This document shows, piece after piece, positions 29,201 through 39,682 of a DNA stretch of 64,000 nt. The stretch's first letter is position 1. Each line of letters starts with the position of its first letter. The notes under the pieces were generated by a model. The model ran no database searches. It saw only the letters and a list, made by a program, of their open reading frames with translations, and had not been told where the DNA came from. The translations under genes were made by a program, and so were the position numbers. This DNA comes from Abditibacterium sp. (GTDB lineage: Bacteria; Armatimonadota; Abditibacteriia; Abditibacteriales; Abditibacteriaceae), in the NCBI GenBank assembly GCA_965199495.1, contig CBDASK010000002.1, positions 1-64,000 on the forward strand. The letters run 5' to 3'.

Positions 29201-32200
29201 GTCCATCAAAGAACAAGTCGAGCAAGCGCAACGCCTGATGGACGGCAACTCATTCAAAACGAGCATTGACGAAGAGCCGACTGGATTGGCCGGGTTAATG
29301 AAAAACCTGACCGACACCTATGCCAACGTTTCGTCTATGGACGCGGGAGTTGGCAAGTTTTTTCTTACTATCACTAAATGGATAGGGAGCTTGGCGCACG
29401 CCGTTGATAACGCTTACAACACGATAGCCGATAAGTTTCTGGGGCAAGGAAGCATTTTGCGCGCGGTTACGGACAACGTAAAAGGGTTTTTGGACATATT
29501 CACCGGGGCAAAAGCTGTCCTGTCATTGGATGTAGCCGCAACTCCCGCGCCCGTTCCCGTGACCTCAATTCCAGCGCCCGCCACTGGGAAACCACCGGCG
29601 CCCAAGCCCAATTACTTTCTCGATGACCTCAAAGCTCAGAATGCGGAGATGGCGAAGTATTTCGACGTGACCACCAAGTTGGGGCAAGAGAGTTTACGCA
29701 AGTATTCCGTTACCGTTGACCAGATCAACACGATGGATATTACGCAGTTGGATGCGCTTAAAAAGCGTTGGAACGAAGGGATTCTCGCCAACAAGAACAA
29801 CGACTTCTTTAATTCTCCATACTACAAGCAACTGAGCAAAGCGTTCGCCGCGAGGCGCAAAATGTTTGGCGATGCCATTGCCAAGCCGGATAACCTGGAC
29901 ATTGATGGCAAAGATGGTGGCAAGGATAAAGCGGCGGAAAAGGCGCGCAAGGCAGCACTCAAACTGGAAAATGACCGTTTGCAAGACGCAGCATCTTTAA
30001 ACGAGGCGATGGCGTCACAGGCCAAAGATTATTACGAGAAGGTTGCCAAGGCATCAGAAGATTCGGCCAAGCGCCAGATTGACGCGTTGAAGGGCGTGCG
30101 CGACAAAATGCAGGGGCTTCTTGGCTCGATGCAGGATGTTCTCGCCAAATACGGAGTCCTCAATTCTCCGCTCGATGGCGTGATTGCGCGCATTGAGAAG
30201 CTCACCCAACTGGGGCCTCGAATGTTGGATGCCGCGCGCAAAGGCGTGGAAGGGATGAACGATGCACAGCGTCAGGGTGCATCCGCGCAACAGGAATACG
30301 GGCTGAAGGCATTGCACGCGCGAATGTCCGCCGATAAGAATAGCGGCGGCAATGGCCTCGAACCAGCGCGACAGTTCAAGCTCGACCAGAAGATGAACGC
30401 CAATGGTGGCGCCCTGCCAATGCTCGTTGGCGGTGGAGTCAAAGGCGAAGTTTCGGTGGCGATGATGCAAGCGGTCGCGCGAAGTTTCAATGGCGCACAA
30501 ATTGATTCGGCTTGCGCAACGGTCGCAGGTAAGATGATGAATAAGGTGGGCATTGGTATCAATCAAACAGCCAATGCGGGCGGATTAGTTCGCAATGCCC
30601 GCGCGATGGGCGCTCGTGCAATTTCGATGGCAGATGCCAAAGCGGGCGATCTTATTCATTGGCAGGGCGCGCGTTACGGCGCGGGCGGTTCCGGCAACCA
30701 CGTCGGCGTTTACGAAGGCGGCGGCTACTACTCCGGCAACGGCGGCGGAAAAAACAAAAATCCATCACGCGTCCATGAAAAGGTTTACGATCTCGCTCAC
30801 GCAACCTTTTACAACACATCGGATTTTGCGAATGGAGCGTCGGGTAGAAATTACAATTACAAATCGGCAGCTTCGTTTGGCAAGGCGGGCGGCGTTGGAC
30901 GCGCGGCGCAACTAAATATCGGCGACGGGGAAAATCTTATGGCGTCGGTTCAAGAGGAACTGCGCAACTTGAAACTGGGCAAGTTTTCGGCGCTGCCCAA
31001 AGAGTTCGGTGCGTCCATCAAAGATGCAGAAGGCCATGCTTCGCGTTTTGCGGCGCAGATGTTCTTGGCCGACCGCGCGACACAAGAAATGCTGCGCTCG
31101 ACACTCGGCGAAGCCGGTTTCAAGAAGTTGGCGGGCATGATTGGAGAGGCGGCGGACATGACGGATCGCTTGGAAACCAACTTGCGCGCGCGCGCCGAAA
31201 CCAACGAACTGCGCAAGAAACAGATGCAACGCGGCATGGAGAACAAGCCGATGGCGCAGTTCGATTACCGGCGCCGCAAAGGTGGGGATTTGGAGTTCTT
31301 GGGTAACACAAAAGAGGATACGGCGGCGTTGCTGGCAAAGCGGCGCGAAGTCGCTAAGGCGCAAGCTCAAAATTCGAGAATTGGCAATTTAGTCAAGGGA
31401 CTGACTTTTGGGCTGGTAGACGTGGGAGAAATGAAGGCTAAAAAACTGCGCGACGAACTGGCGAAGTTGGAAGCACAATACAAGTCCGGCAATAAAGCCG
31501 TCACCGACTACCAGAAGGCGATTCGAGACGACGCCTTGGGCGAAGCAACGGACAAGTTGCAGGCTTACATTTCGTCGCAGAAAGATAGCGCGCGCGTGGC
31601 GAGTGAATCTCGCAAGTATGTGACGGAAGCGACGGTGGACACCTACGCTCAGGCACGTGCAGTTGAGTTGCTGACGAAAAAAATCGAATATCGCAATTCG
31701 ACTGAGATGGTTAAGCTCTACAACACCGACCGCAAAAAATACAATGAAAATCTAAACCAGTTTGAGCGGGAATCTGCCGATTCTTACGACAAAGGAAAGG
31801 AAGATGCGCGCACTCAGAGCATGGCAAATGCGCGTCAGGAACTCGACCGCCAGAAAACTTCGTTGCAAGCGCAAATCCCTCTGCTCGACCAATACGGCGG
31901 CATGGAAGCCCTGCTCAACATCGAACTGCAAAAGCAGAGCGATTACTTCCGCGAGCTTTATCGTTTGCGCGGCGAAGGCCACGATGATGAGAGTTCGCGC
32001 GTGCTGGCGCGGGAACTGACGGCGCGCGCCGAAACTAACCGTGCAATGGAGCGCCAGATCGCCCTGACGCGCGAAATAACGGCGGCACAAAAAGATGCCG
32101 CCGATGCACAAAGGGATGTAGAAACGGCCAAATCACAATATGCTACTGCACCCTACGGCAGCGAAGAGTTGGAGCGTTTGCAGAAACAATCTTCGGCGCT

Positions 32201-33494
32201 CAAACCTCTCGACAACCGTTTGGCATCGGGCGAGTTCGGGAAGATTGGAGCGGGCGCTACCCTCGAAGAAGCCGTTAAGACGCTGGCCATATACAATCAG
32301 TTGGCAAAGCCCATCCGCGACAAAGTGGATGCCGAAATCGAGGGCGAAAAAGTTACTAACAAAGCGGCGTCAACCGACGCCGCGCGCCTTGGTTCGATTC
32401 AGGCGCAGAACGCATTGCAACTTGACCAGTTGAACCTGGTCGGTCGTGTATCGGATTCTCAGAAGTATGCACTCGACTTAGCCGCCGAAATCCAAGAACG
32501 TCAGAACGGCACCAACAAACTTTCTGGCGAAGAACTGGCTTATCGTCAGCGCACACTGGAAACACTGCGCCAACAAGAAATTATCCAACGTGCGATGGGC
32601 GATAAAGAACAACGAGAGAAGCTGCGCGATATGCGCGACCAGACGGAATCGCTCAAGTATTCTCCCAAAGATGCGCAAGGCGTTAATCAGCAACAAGTGT
32701 TCCTTGATATGCAAAAAATCAGGGAAATGCAGGAAGAGGTTGACAAGATGGGAGTGGAACAAGTCGGTGCGAAAATGGCTGGAAAAATGGACGCTTTTGA
32801 CGCATTGCAAACAAAAATTAACGACACAACGAAGGCCATTCAACAGGCGCAGGAAGTTTTGAACGAGAGTATTTCGGGACAGAAGGCGCAAGCGGCCAAC
32901 GACGCGATGCGCGCGATGTTCGACCAAACTACGTCGGCGATTACCGATGGCTTTCACGCGGCTTACGAGGCGAGTGGCTCGGTGTTTGATCGCATTGGAG
33001 CAGGGTTGGGAGCAATGGTAAATAGTCTGGCGAATTATTTCACCACTCTCGCCGAAAAGATTCTGGCAACCTACATCACCATGAAGATTTTTGAGGCGCT
33101 TTCCCCTGGCTTTACTCAGTTCTTCATAGCAACTCAGGGCGCCGGAAATCAGCAGTCGGGTGGAAGTGCCGGTTTCGGTGGATTGATTACTGGCATCGCC
33201 GGAAGCCTGGGCGGTCAGGCTGGTGCAAGTGTCGCGGGAGCAGCCACTTCGACGTTAGAAAAAACCGATCCATCGGCGCGCTACGCAACCGCAGCATCGG
33301 CGCGTTCGGCGAGCGGTGGCATGGGCGGTAACGTGGTAAATCAGAGCTTTAGTTTTCCAAACGTCTCAACCGCCGAAGATGCGCGCGGCGTGTCGGGCGA
33401 AATCGCGGGCTACACTTCGTCGGCGTTTGACTCTAATCGCACCTACGCTCAAAACGCGAATGACGTGGTGGAATTTGGCGGAAAAAACAGATAG
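26292..33494 (+). CDS. tape measure protein with an internal NlpC/P60-like domain
   Basis: 2400 aa, Ala-rich; FAEITPFE and KGKASAEE motifs; TM region; C...GDLIHW...HVGVY. Confidence 0.92.
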   Translation: MVILAYAVLSVEVVGKWGQLEQTLSRADAAMRKFAAQPRSIKFQVDDTVFQQISTVQRALRAIGTTNVAIDLVVNGESVAVAKMDKASSGVDNLGAALDRTNAKAQITAKNLASIGNGASASASFTKTQQFGEEYLTPQAVKYQNTFGKGVSSQQIISSVSSAANDYAKLGVDPAAIRGAITQLEELLLKEKEVQANRTIKLDFALDPQGESYLKDISLALEGDVMTAKQLESAMKRLEAAGGSALVPYIQKAATMEEATLRVNAALAGAKPTGAASTVGGSAHINALLAQTEEVRSKMAQLDTAIVGIREAGGSALVPFILSADTLAVSLERASVATKDLAAMNRIGAGNLAPDIKPGSGQVIAADFEKVNRVVMNTRNSIQAATEAIAGFEARTNALGANGATPGTELSNGMRKAATDIREADKSTKSLGESIFGVINTIRRWVIGYVVVSQLIRLFGALKFVIVDFNSLLEKARITLTTLFDGSTVAADSLMRKMEKFAEITPFEFKDLVPLTQRLLALGVVAKDTADKKLIPTFRAIGDTVASLGGSPEVMDRIVYAFGNMVQKGKASAEEVTRQLGNANVPALKYMAQAAGVSTAEIMKRMKAGAVDGSKAVQAILYGMANDPKFKGNMEKLSATFEGAFNNIKDIATKQIAGTFKDIYNWVSQQMQSIVKVIQTTKFQLDWKDKVNEAKEAFLALYNVLVSVYDFVVKFKGTLVLLFVLFGNLAKTNPFGLMLIAVARAVIGIQQLTDNWDQMSGAVKVSTVAITAFGIALAAVQISALIGALNLATIANSTFAVTVGVAILSLQEAAVALAADVVAAYAFGSAFAGVAGGVVASAATVATAISTISPLALVALPALLLAGGLAAIMWENYQDHAAKADIANSNLAITLDATSASMDRVKASVSGANSVFANNAVEKMNDDLEKAKDNNGKLLAFRRKYGNEKFIQDVIVQSKMDAVDAKEFRASIKEQVEQAQRLMDGNSFKTSIDEEPTGLAGLMKNLTDTYANVSSMDAGVGKFFLTITKWIGSLAHAVDNAYNTIADKFLGQGSILRAVTDNVKGFLDIFTGAKAVLSLDVAATPAPVPVTSIPAPATGKPPAPKPNYFLDDLKAQNAEMAKYFDVTTKLGQESLRKYSVTVDQINTMDITQLDALKKRWNEGILANKNNDFFNSPYYKQLSKAFAARRKMFGDAIAKPDNLDIDGKDGGKDKAAEKARKAALKLENDRLQDAASLNEAMASQAKDYYEKVAKASEDSAKRQIDALKGVRDKMQGLLGSMQDVLAKYGVLNSPLDGVIARIEKLTQLGPRMLDAARKGVEGMNDAQRQGASAQQEYGLKALHARMSADKNSGGNGLEPARQFKLDQKMNANGGALPMLVGGGVKGEVSVAMMQAVARSFNGAQIDSACATVAGKMMNKVGIGINQTANAGGLVRNARAMGARAISMADAKAGDLIHWQGARYGAGGSGNHVGVYEGGGYYSGNGGGKNKNPSRVHEKVYDLAHATFYNTSDFANGASGRNYNYKSAASFGKAGGVGRAAQLNIGDGENLMASVQEELRNLKLGKFSALPKEFGASIKDAEGHASRFAAQMFLADRATQEMLRSTLGEAGFKKLAGMIGEAADMTDRLETNLRARAETNELRKKQMQRGMENKPMAQFDYRRRKGGDLEFLGNTKEDTAALLAKRREVAKAQAQNSRIGNLVKGLTFGLVDVGEMKAKKLRDELAKLEAQYKSGNKAVTDYQKAIRDDALGEATDKLQAYISSQKDSARVASESRKYVTEATVDTYAQARAVELLTKKIEYRNSTEMVKLYNTDRKKYNENLNQFERESADSYDKGKEDARTQSMANARQELDRQKTSLQAQIPLLDQYGGMEALLNIELQKQSDYFRELYRLRGEGHDDESSRVLARELTARAETNRAMERQIALTREITAAQKDAADAQRDVETAKSQYATAPYGSEELERLQKQSSALKPLDNRLASGEFGKIGAGATLEEAVKTLAIYNQLAKPIRDKVDAEIEGEKVTNKAASTDAARLGSIQAQNALQLDQLNLVGRVSDSQKYALDLAAEIQERQNGTNKLSGEELAYRQRTLETLRQQEIIQRAMGDKEQREKLRDMRDQTESLKYSPKDAQGVNQQQVFLDMQKIREMQEEVDKMGVEQVGAKMAGKMDAFDALQTKINDTTKAIQQAQEVLNESISGQKAQAANDAMRAMFDQTTSAITDGFHAAYEASGSVFDRIGAGLGAMVNSLANYFTTLAEKILATYITMKIFEALSPGFTQFFIATQGAGNQQSGGSAGFGGLITGIAGSLGGQAGASVAGAATSTLEKTDPSARYATAASARSASGGMGGNVVNQSFSFPNVSTAEDARGVSGEIAGYTSSAFDSNRTYAQNANDVVEFGGKNR

Positions 33495-33523
33495 TTGCAA
33501 TGCAAGGTGGGATGTGATAGAAT
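33495..33523 (+). promoter_or_regulatory. sigma70-like promoter, GTGATAGAATTA family
   Basis: TTGCAA-17bp-TAGAAT. Confidence 0.75.
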
Positions 33524-33559
33524 TAAGTCCTACCTTGCAAGGAGCAAGGATTTACCACA

Positions 33560-34225
33560 ATGAATGAACAACGCAAACCAAATGAAGGGCAGGAAACCTC
33601 GGATGATTTCTTCACTGCCCTTGTCCGCGATTATGCGATGAAGGTGAAATTTTTCACTGGAAGCTCTGGCGAACTTTACGATAGCCTCGAAGAGCAAGCG
33701 GAAAGTGTATTGTCAGTAAACCACGAAATTACAATTCGAGGTTCCTCCGATTGGCCGACTACCATTGCGGAAATGGATGCAAAATTGGCAGCAATTGCGC
33801 CATATCTACAGGAACATTACGATATTGACTGCCATAGTGGGCCGCGTAACGCATTGGGATTGTCTTGGGTTATCCGCATGAGCGATCAAGAAGAAACGAG
33901 AGGAACATGGGCGGAAGAGGAGTCGGAGGCCCGGCGTGAACAGGATCGCCGCGACCGCTTTTACGCGGCGGCACTCACTGGTATTTTGAACGGTTCTATT
34001 TTAGAGCAGATCATGTCCATGCCTTTTCTCAGAAAAGGCATGGGGAAGACCGAGGAAGAGATGGGCGATTTCGTCGTTAAGAGCGTGGCCGTCGCTGCGC
34101 GTTCTTACGGCGATACGATGTTCGAGGTTGCCGATATGTCCGAAATCAATCCCGAAATTGTATCTCAATTCGTCGCCGGTTCTTTGCTTGCGGAGATCAC
34201 AGAAGAGGAGAAGGATTTACCATAA
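33560..34225 (+). CDS. hypothetical protein
   Basis: RRDRFYAAALTG motif; downstream of a promoter. Confidence 0.7.
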   Translation: MNEQRKPNEGQETSDDFFTALVRDYAMKVKFFTGSSGELYDSLEEQAESVLSVNHEITIRGSSDWPTTIAEMDAKLAAIAPYLQEHYDIDCHSGPRNALGLSWVIRMSDQEETRGTWAEEESEARREQDRRDRFYAAALTGILNGSILEQIMSMPFLRKGMGKTEEEMGDFVVKSVAVAARSYGDTMFEVADMSEINPEIVSQFVAGSLLAEITEEEKDLP

Positions 34226-34455
34226 TGGAACAAAACGACAACCTTTCAGACGTGCTGGAATTTTTAGAGCAAGCACGCATAATCGAACCGGAACAGCAGT
34301 ATCTGGTCGGTAACTTCCTCGGCCACATACTAAGCGGCGTCCACGATGCTTGCATGAAGAACAACATCCCTGATGGTGCGCGATTAGAGATATATTTCTC
34401 CATTGTCCCGGTCATTTTGGGTCGCCGTGAAAAGAAGGAGTCCCATGCAGAATAA
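34225..34455 (+). CDS. hypothetical protein
   Basis: TAATG coupling. Confidence 0.6.
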   Translation: MEQNDNLSDVLEFLEQARIIEPEQQYLVGNFLGHILSGVHDACMKNNIPDGARLEIYFSIVPVILGRREKKESHAE

Positions 34456-34993
34456 CGAAACATTTACACCCGGCGACTTTGACAGCCCATCGCCAGAGCC
34501 GACTCAAAATTACGACCCTTGGGGTAATAATTATCAGCCTGATCCACCTGAGCCAGATCGCGCGCATTTCACCAGTCAATATGAGTCCTATGGTGTTGAT
34601 GCTGGCGACGACGGGCGCTCTGTTTGGGATGGGACAACGAGCATTGGGCCATGTGCGAAGATTTTTCGTTCGCACCAGCCAGACGACCCTTTTGGCGAAA
34701 ACGAGGATGAAGATGAACACCTCGCTGTCACGATAAACGAAGATTTGTATTCTTCCGACGAAGCAAATAGATTGGCCTCTCGGATTTGTGATTTCCTCAA
34801 CGCTCCAAGCGAACTGCGAATTGCAATTGCCGGTAGGCGGATGCGCGAAGCACAAAAGGCAAGGCAATTAGACGCCAGCGAAGAAAATTTTTGGAAAAAG
34901 GTCGAACTCGAAAAAGAGTTCGACGCTCTCCTTGCCGCCGCAACGCCAAGGAAGGTCGAGCCGCCAAAAAAGAAGGAGTTGATCGAAGAATGA
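34445..34993 (+). CDS. hypothetical protein
   Basis: AAGGAG RBS. Confidence 0.65.
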   Translation: MQNNETFTPGDFDSPSPEPTQNYDPWGNNYQPDPPEPDRAHFTSQYESYGVDAGDDGRSVWDGTTSIGPCAKIFRSHQPDDPFGENEDEDEHLAVTINEDLYSSDEANRLASRICDFLNAPSELRIAIAGRRMREAQKARQLDASEENFWKKVELEKEFDALLAAATPRKVEPPKKKELIEE

Positions 34994-35181
34994 GATGCTC
35001 TCAATGTGGATTAATGATGGATTGGCAGAGTTGCGATTCTTGTGGCGGATACGGCGGACACTGGGAGAGCGACGGCTACGGAAGGGAGTGGATAATGTGC
35101 CGTGACTGCGACGGCGAAGAAGGCCATTTCGTTTGCCTCGATTGCGAGAAGAAGGAAACTAACGATCATGACAACTCCTGA
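34990..35181 (+). CDS. Cys-rich zinc-finger protein
   Basis: Four CxxC pairs including CDSCGGYG. Confidence 0.6.
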   Translation: MRCSQCGLMMDWQSCDSCGGYGGHWESDGYGREWIMCRDCDGEEGHFVCLDCEKKETNDHDNS

Positions 35182-35902
35182 TTTCGGTGAACATCCGGTT
35201 TATAATAGATTTCCCACCCAAATTATTCCTGAGTCGAACCACTCGCCGCGATGGATGCCCAATCGCGTGACCAGTTCTGGCGCTGATGCTCGCATTCGTC
35301 GCCAGAGCCGTCCCTACTGGAACTCTGACCTTTCGGGCTGCAAGGCCAATGAGAAGCAGAAGGATTACATTTACGCCCTGCTTTATCGCAACATGGGCGT
35401 GCGTCCCGTTCTCAATTACGTCCCGACCTTTTGTGACATCGGCACCGTTGTTGACCGTGACTTTAACGGTGCGCCCATTGTGGCGCCAGAAGTGATTGGT
35501 GTGGGCAACGGAACGCCGATGCAGATGCAACTGCGAAAACGGTTGCGTATGGACGGCTACGAAAACGAGGAGATTTACTACGACGTAACCAAGCCTCACG
35601 TCGGCTATCCAGCCCTCGAAGGGCTGGCGCGCACAACTCACGGCCCGGTGCCCTACCAGCCGATGCCGGAATTGGAAGTTTTGCGCAACGGCATCTTGGT
35701 TCGGCGCGGAATCGAATACACCGTTGACCGTGACACTGGCATTATCTCGCACTCGATGAGCGGAGAAATCTCAGCGCGCGGCGGATTTTACATTCTGATG
35801 CTGATGCCCGGTGAAATCCCGATGTCACCCAGAGGTAACGGTGTCTACGAAATCAAAAGTGGCATTCGATTGGAAGAAGTGCCGCAGGATTACCAACAAT
35901 GA
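35168..35902 (+). CDS. distal tail protein (DUF2460-like)
   Basis: First structural-type gene after the tape measure; TSSGADAR, IGVGNG, YTVDRDTGII motifs. Confidence 0.65.
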   Translation: MTTPDFGEHPVYNRFPTQIIPESNHSPRWMPNRVTSSGADARIRRQSRPYWNSDLSGCKANEKQKDYIYALLYRNMGVRPVLNYVPTFCDIGTVVDRDFNGAPIVAPEVIGVGNGTPMQMQLRKRLRMDGYENEEIYYDVTKPHVGYPALEGLARTTHGPVPYQPMPELEVLRNGILVRRGIEYTVDRDTGIISHSMSGEISARGGFYILMLMPGEIPMSPRGNGVYEIKSGIRLEEVPQDYQQ

Positions 35903-36252
35903 AATGCTATGTTGCAACGGTGGAGCAAAACGATTGCGAAATCGCCGAAAAGGTTTATCGTAAAGCCGAATCTGCCCAGGCCTACAAAGACGAAATGGCG
36001 CTCGATGGCAAAGAAGTCACGATTGAGGAAGTTGAACTCAAAGTGGTTCGGTTGCTCAAAGATGTGTCGGTGAATATCGGACTTTATGCGGGCCGCAAGC
36101 TGCGCGAATGGCACGGCTTACCGCCGCGCGAAAATGGCGAATTGTGGGTCGAAGGCGACCGGCGCTTTCGACTGAATAAATCGCTCGAACAAGTCGAGTT
36201 GTGGCGCTTTTGCATTCTGACGCCGGACGAATATGAGGTGATTGAACAATGA
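35899..36252 (+). CDS. hypothetical protein
   Basis: ATGA coupling. Confidence 0.6.
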   Translation: MKCYVATVEQNDCEIAEKVYRKAESAQAYKDEMALDGKEVTIEEVELKVVRLLKDVSVNIGLYAGRKLREWHGLPPRENGELWVEGDRRFRLNKSLEQVELWRFCILTPDEYEVIEQ

Positions 36253-36662
36253 AAGAGAGATTCAGACGTAAACAGCAATTGTTAGATCAATTGAGAATCG
36301 CCAGGAAAGAAGTGGGACGAATCCAAGAATTGCTCATAAGCGAAGGATTTGAAAAAATTGACTGGGATAAATTTGACTGGCGAGAAGATGTTCTTAAAAT
36401 CGCTGACACAAAAGGATTTAGCTACGATTGCATCAGGAAGCAAAAGCATGAGTTTATGAAGCCGATTTATTCCGAAATGGATTTCAGGCTTCGCAACATG
36501 GATTTGCGCGACATTTGGCACGCCGATTACCAGTGGGTAACATTCCATCGCACCAAAGGAAGACATGGCGCTGCATTATCAGTAGAAGATGCAAAATACA
36601 AGGAATTGCTTGAGAATGAGAAGTCTAAGGCCGCAAAGGTTTTGGCTAATGGCAACCTATAA
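36249..36662 (+). CDS. hypothetical protein (AT-richer)
   Basis: Coupled on both sides. Confidence 0.6.
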   Translation: MKERFRRKQQLLDQLRIARKEVGRIQELLISEGFEKIDWDKFDWREDVLKIADTKGFSYDCIRKQKHEFMKPIYSEMDFRLRNMDLRDIWHADYQWVTFHRTKGRHGAALSVEDAKYKELLENEKSKAAKVLANGNL

Positions 36663-37984
36663 TGGCACATCCAATTAACAGCGTCACGCTTGACGTTACA
36701 CCGAAGAATACTTGGGTTTACACCGGGATATTTCTCGAACCAAGCGACGGCTTGCGCGTGACTTCGACTGGCGATGCTTCGGCTCTACTGCTCGATTTGC
36801 AGCCGACGAATACGCCACCCGCCGACTACGAGGGCGCACTCATTGGCGCGGCGTATGTCGTCGCCAACTATGGCGCGGGCGGTTACGTCTGGCTTCGCTC
36901 CAATGCCAATGGTAACGTCTCTTCGACAGTTGAACGTCTGGCGACCGTTGAGCGCGGCTTGCCTTCGCCGATTCGTTTTGTGCCACCGGGCATCCTGGCA
37001 GCGAAAGGGGCGAGCGAATCGGCGTTTGCATGGATGATCGCCATTAAACCCAAGTGCGGCGACTGGGAAGGCTACACGTCATGGGACGTGTCGCTCAAGG
37101 CGCCGCAGTATCAGGACGAACTGGGCAATGTCACTCCGGCGCTCACCTACCAGCCAAACGGTGCAGAACTCTCGCGCATTCCGCAGTCGCTCAAGTTGGG
37201 CGCGCAATCTTCGGATGCCAAAGTATTATCGCCGCGCTACTCGGACATTCTGAATATGGGAGCTACGCCGCAAGTGTTTTTGCCGCGCGATAAAATGGAG
37301 TCCGGCTACTATGTGGATGGTTATTGGGAACTGTTCGAGGTGATGCCTGATACCGACATGAACGAACGTTTGTGCTGGGTGTGCGGCGAAATCGGGCAAG
37401 TCTCCTATGACGACACTCAGGCGACGGTGGAACTGGCGACTTACGAAGACATTGTGAATCGCACCATCGGCGACCAGTTGCACATCTCGTGTCAGGTCGG
37501 CGCACGACGGGGTGAGAAGTTTGGGACGGGACGGTGCCGCAACGAAGTTTTGAGCGATGGGCCACTGCGCGCCGACTGGACATTTCGGGCGACTGTGCTG
37601 GCGGGAAGTGCCGTTGATGCCGTGCGCGTTCGCATTGGCAATCAGTCCATTACAGGCAAAGCCATTGACCCTGAATTTATCTCGCGTTTGAATAACGGAG
37701 ATTTGGAGTTCTTGGCGCCAGAAGAAGGTGGCGGCGTGATGGCTCACCGCGAGTTCCCTTTGCGCGGCGGCAACTTGATTTCGTCGGCGGGCACAACTCA
37801 AACGCTCGAAATCTACCCGAAGTTGGCGCTGCCATTTATTCCGGTTGCTGGCGATCTGGCAAACTTGGTCGTCGGTTGTCGTCGGTTGAAAACGGACTGC
37901 ATTTGGTTTAACAACCTCTATAATTTTCGCGGCGGCGGAGACTTACCCGGCAATGATGATTTGAACAGGAGAACACGAACATGA
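36662..37984 (+). CDS. tail hub protein (DUF2163/BR0599-like)
   Basis: C-terminal GCRRLKTDCIWFNNLYNFRG motif. Confidence 0.8.
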   Translation: MAHPINSVTLDVTPKNTWVYTGIFLEPSDGLRVTSTGDASALLLDLQPTNTPPADYEGALIGAAYVVANYGAGGYVWLRSNANGNVSSTVERLATVERGLPSPIRFVPPGILAAKGASESAFAWMIAIKPKCGDWEGYTSWDVSLKAPQYQDELGNVTPALTYQPNGAELSRIPQSLKLGAQSSDAKVLSPRYSDILNMGATPQVFLPRDKMESGYYVDGYWELFEVMPDTDMNERLCWVCGEIGQVSYDDTQATVELATYEDIVNRTIGDQLHISCQVGARRGEKFGTGRCRNEVLSDGPLRADWTFRATVLAGSAVDAVRVRIGNQSITGKAIDPEFISRLNNGDLEFLAPEEGGGVMAHREFPLRGGNLISSAGTTQTLEIYPKLALPFIPVAGDLANLVVGCRRLKTDCIWFNNLYNFRGGGDLPGNDDLNRRTRT

Positions 37985-39170
37985 CCGAACGAAACACAGC
38001 CGAACTCGAAGATAGGATGATGGACATTCTGAGAGAGCATAACGGCTATGAGGATTGGGTAGAATGGCCTGTTATCGCAATGATAGTTGGTTCGCCGAAT
38101 ATCAACAATGTTCATGCGGTGGCAAAACTCGTGGAATCAAAAAGGATTTGGTCGGCACGAATGGTGCGAAAGATAGACGGCGAGGCAGAATCTACTCACA
38201 CGCAGATATTTAAGATTAGAATATGAAAACACCTCTACTCACCGAGAAGCAAGCATTTCAAATGCTCTGCAATCTACCGCAACCCTGCGTTTACGATGCA
38301 ATCGAAAACATTGAACCTCAACCAAGCGTAGATTTTGCCCGTTTTGCTCTACTCAAACTCGAAGAAGCAGGGTTTGTTCAATGGCATCGCTGGCACCCTT
38401 GGGAGATTTCCTTGGCCGAAAAAGGACAGTCTCTTCTGGCGCTTCTCCGCCAAGAATATGGAGTTGAATCTACACCATGAATCCACGCAACGGAATTTCA
38501 CCAGTTATCGCGGCGGCAGTCGCCGGAGAACTATTGAGCCTCGATTATATGATGGCTCCGCCCGCCTCGTCCTTTACGCCACAACCGGCTGTTGGCGCTC
38601 CTGCGACCTTTACGCCCGAAATGCGAGAAATGGTCGTCGAAGAAATGGAGTTTCTCAAAAAGACGCGATCTGATTTGAACGCAAAGGGACGTAAGAAGTT
38701 GGCGCGTGCGCGCGCTTTGGAGTTGATGCAAAAATGAGTTACACCGTCCGCGTTCGAGACAACGATGCCAACAAAGAAATGACCATGACGGATTGGCAGT
38801 CGCCTTTCATCCCGGCCAAAGGCGATTTTATAGAAGTAAGCGATTCCTATTCAGAGAAGGGTTTTATCGGCTTCGTCCAAGGAATTAGTTATTCGTTGAC
38901 AACAGGATTTACACCCGGCGATGGCCGATACGACGACAACGACTGGTCGGAAATCGTAGTCACTATTTACATAGGGCCAAAGCAATGAGCGACTTTTTCA
39001 ACGATTACTTCTTCATCGTCCTCGGCAAGATATTTCTGGCGCTCATCGTCGCGATGGTTATTTTCGACCTTTATCATCGCTATGTATCGCCCAAAGCGCG
39101 TGAGGACAATAGGTTTTGGGCGGCGCAGAAACGGCTGGCGGAAGAAATAAGGCGAGAGAAATCCAAATGA
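37981..39170 (+). CDS. five small coupled hypothetical genes (37981-38226, 38223-38480, 38477-38737, 38734-38988, 38985-39170)
   Basis: Unbroken chain of ATGA overlaps. Confidence 0.65.
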
Positions 39171-39682
39171 AACGCCATCCTGAAAAACTCACCTTCTCTC
39201 GTCGATTACTGCGGGCACAGGATTTCGTAGACGCCTTGCTTAAATACGAAGGCATTTTGTATTCGCCTCATGCGAATTGGACTCTTCTCAAGGACGGTGC
39301 AATTGTGAATGGCCGCGCCAACTGCTTCGGCGTGCTGCTTATGGCGGCAAATGACTGTGAGTTGTGGGACGGCTCTCCCAACTTACCGCCCGCCGAATAC
39401 GAAGGCCAAACTTCGGCCAAAACACTGGCGGAGATTTTGGACTATAATTTCAACGAAGTGGCATATTCCGAAATGCGCGAAGGCGATATTCTATCGTTTC
39501 GCTATCGGGATGTGGATTGGGCGCGGCGCGAACCTCATCACATCGGCGCTTACGTCGGCAACGGCCAGTTCTTTCACGCTTCACAGGACGCCGGAAAGTG
39601 CATTGTTTCCCCGCTCGACGTTCTGATGCAAACACGCATTGACAAAGTTTTACGATTGCCAAATTTAATCTACGCGCCATGA
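39167..39682 (+). CDS. NlpC/P60 tail-associated peptidase
   Basis: NCFG...EGDIL...HHIGAY...FFHAS. Confidence 0.88.
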   Translation: MKRHPEKLTFSRRLLRAQDFVDALLKYEGILYSPHANWTLLKDGAIVNGRANCFGVLLMAANDCELWDGSPNLPPAEYEGQTSAKTLAEILDYNFNEVAYSEMREGDILSFRYRDVDWARREPHHIGAYVGNGQFFHASQDAGKCIVSPLDVLMQTRIDKVLRLPNLIYAP

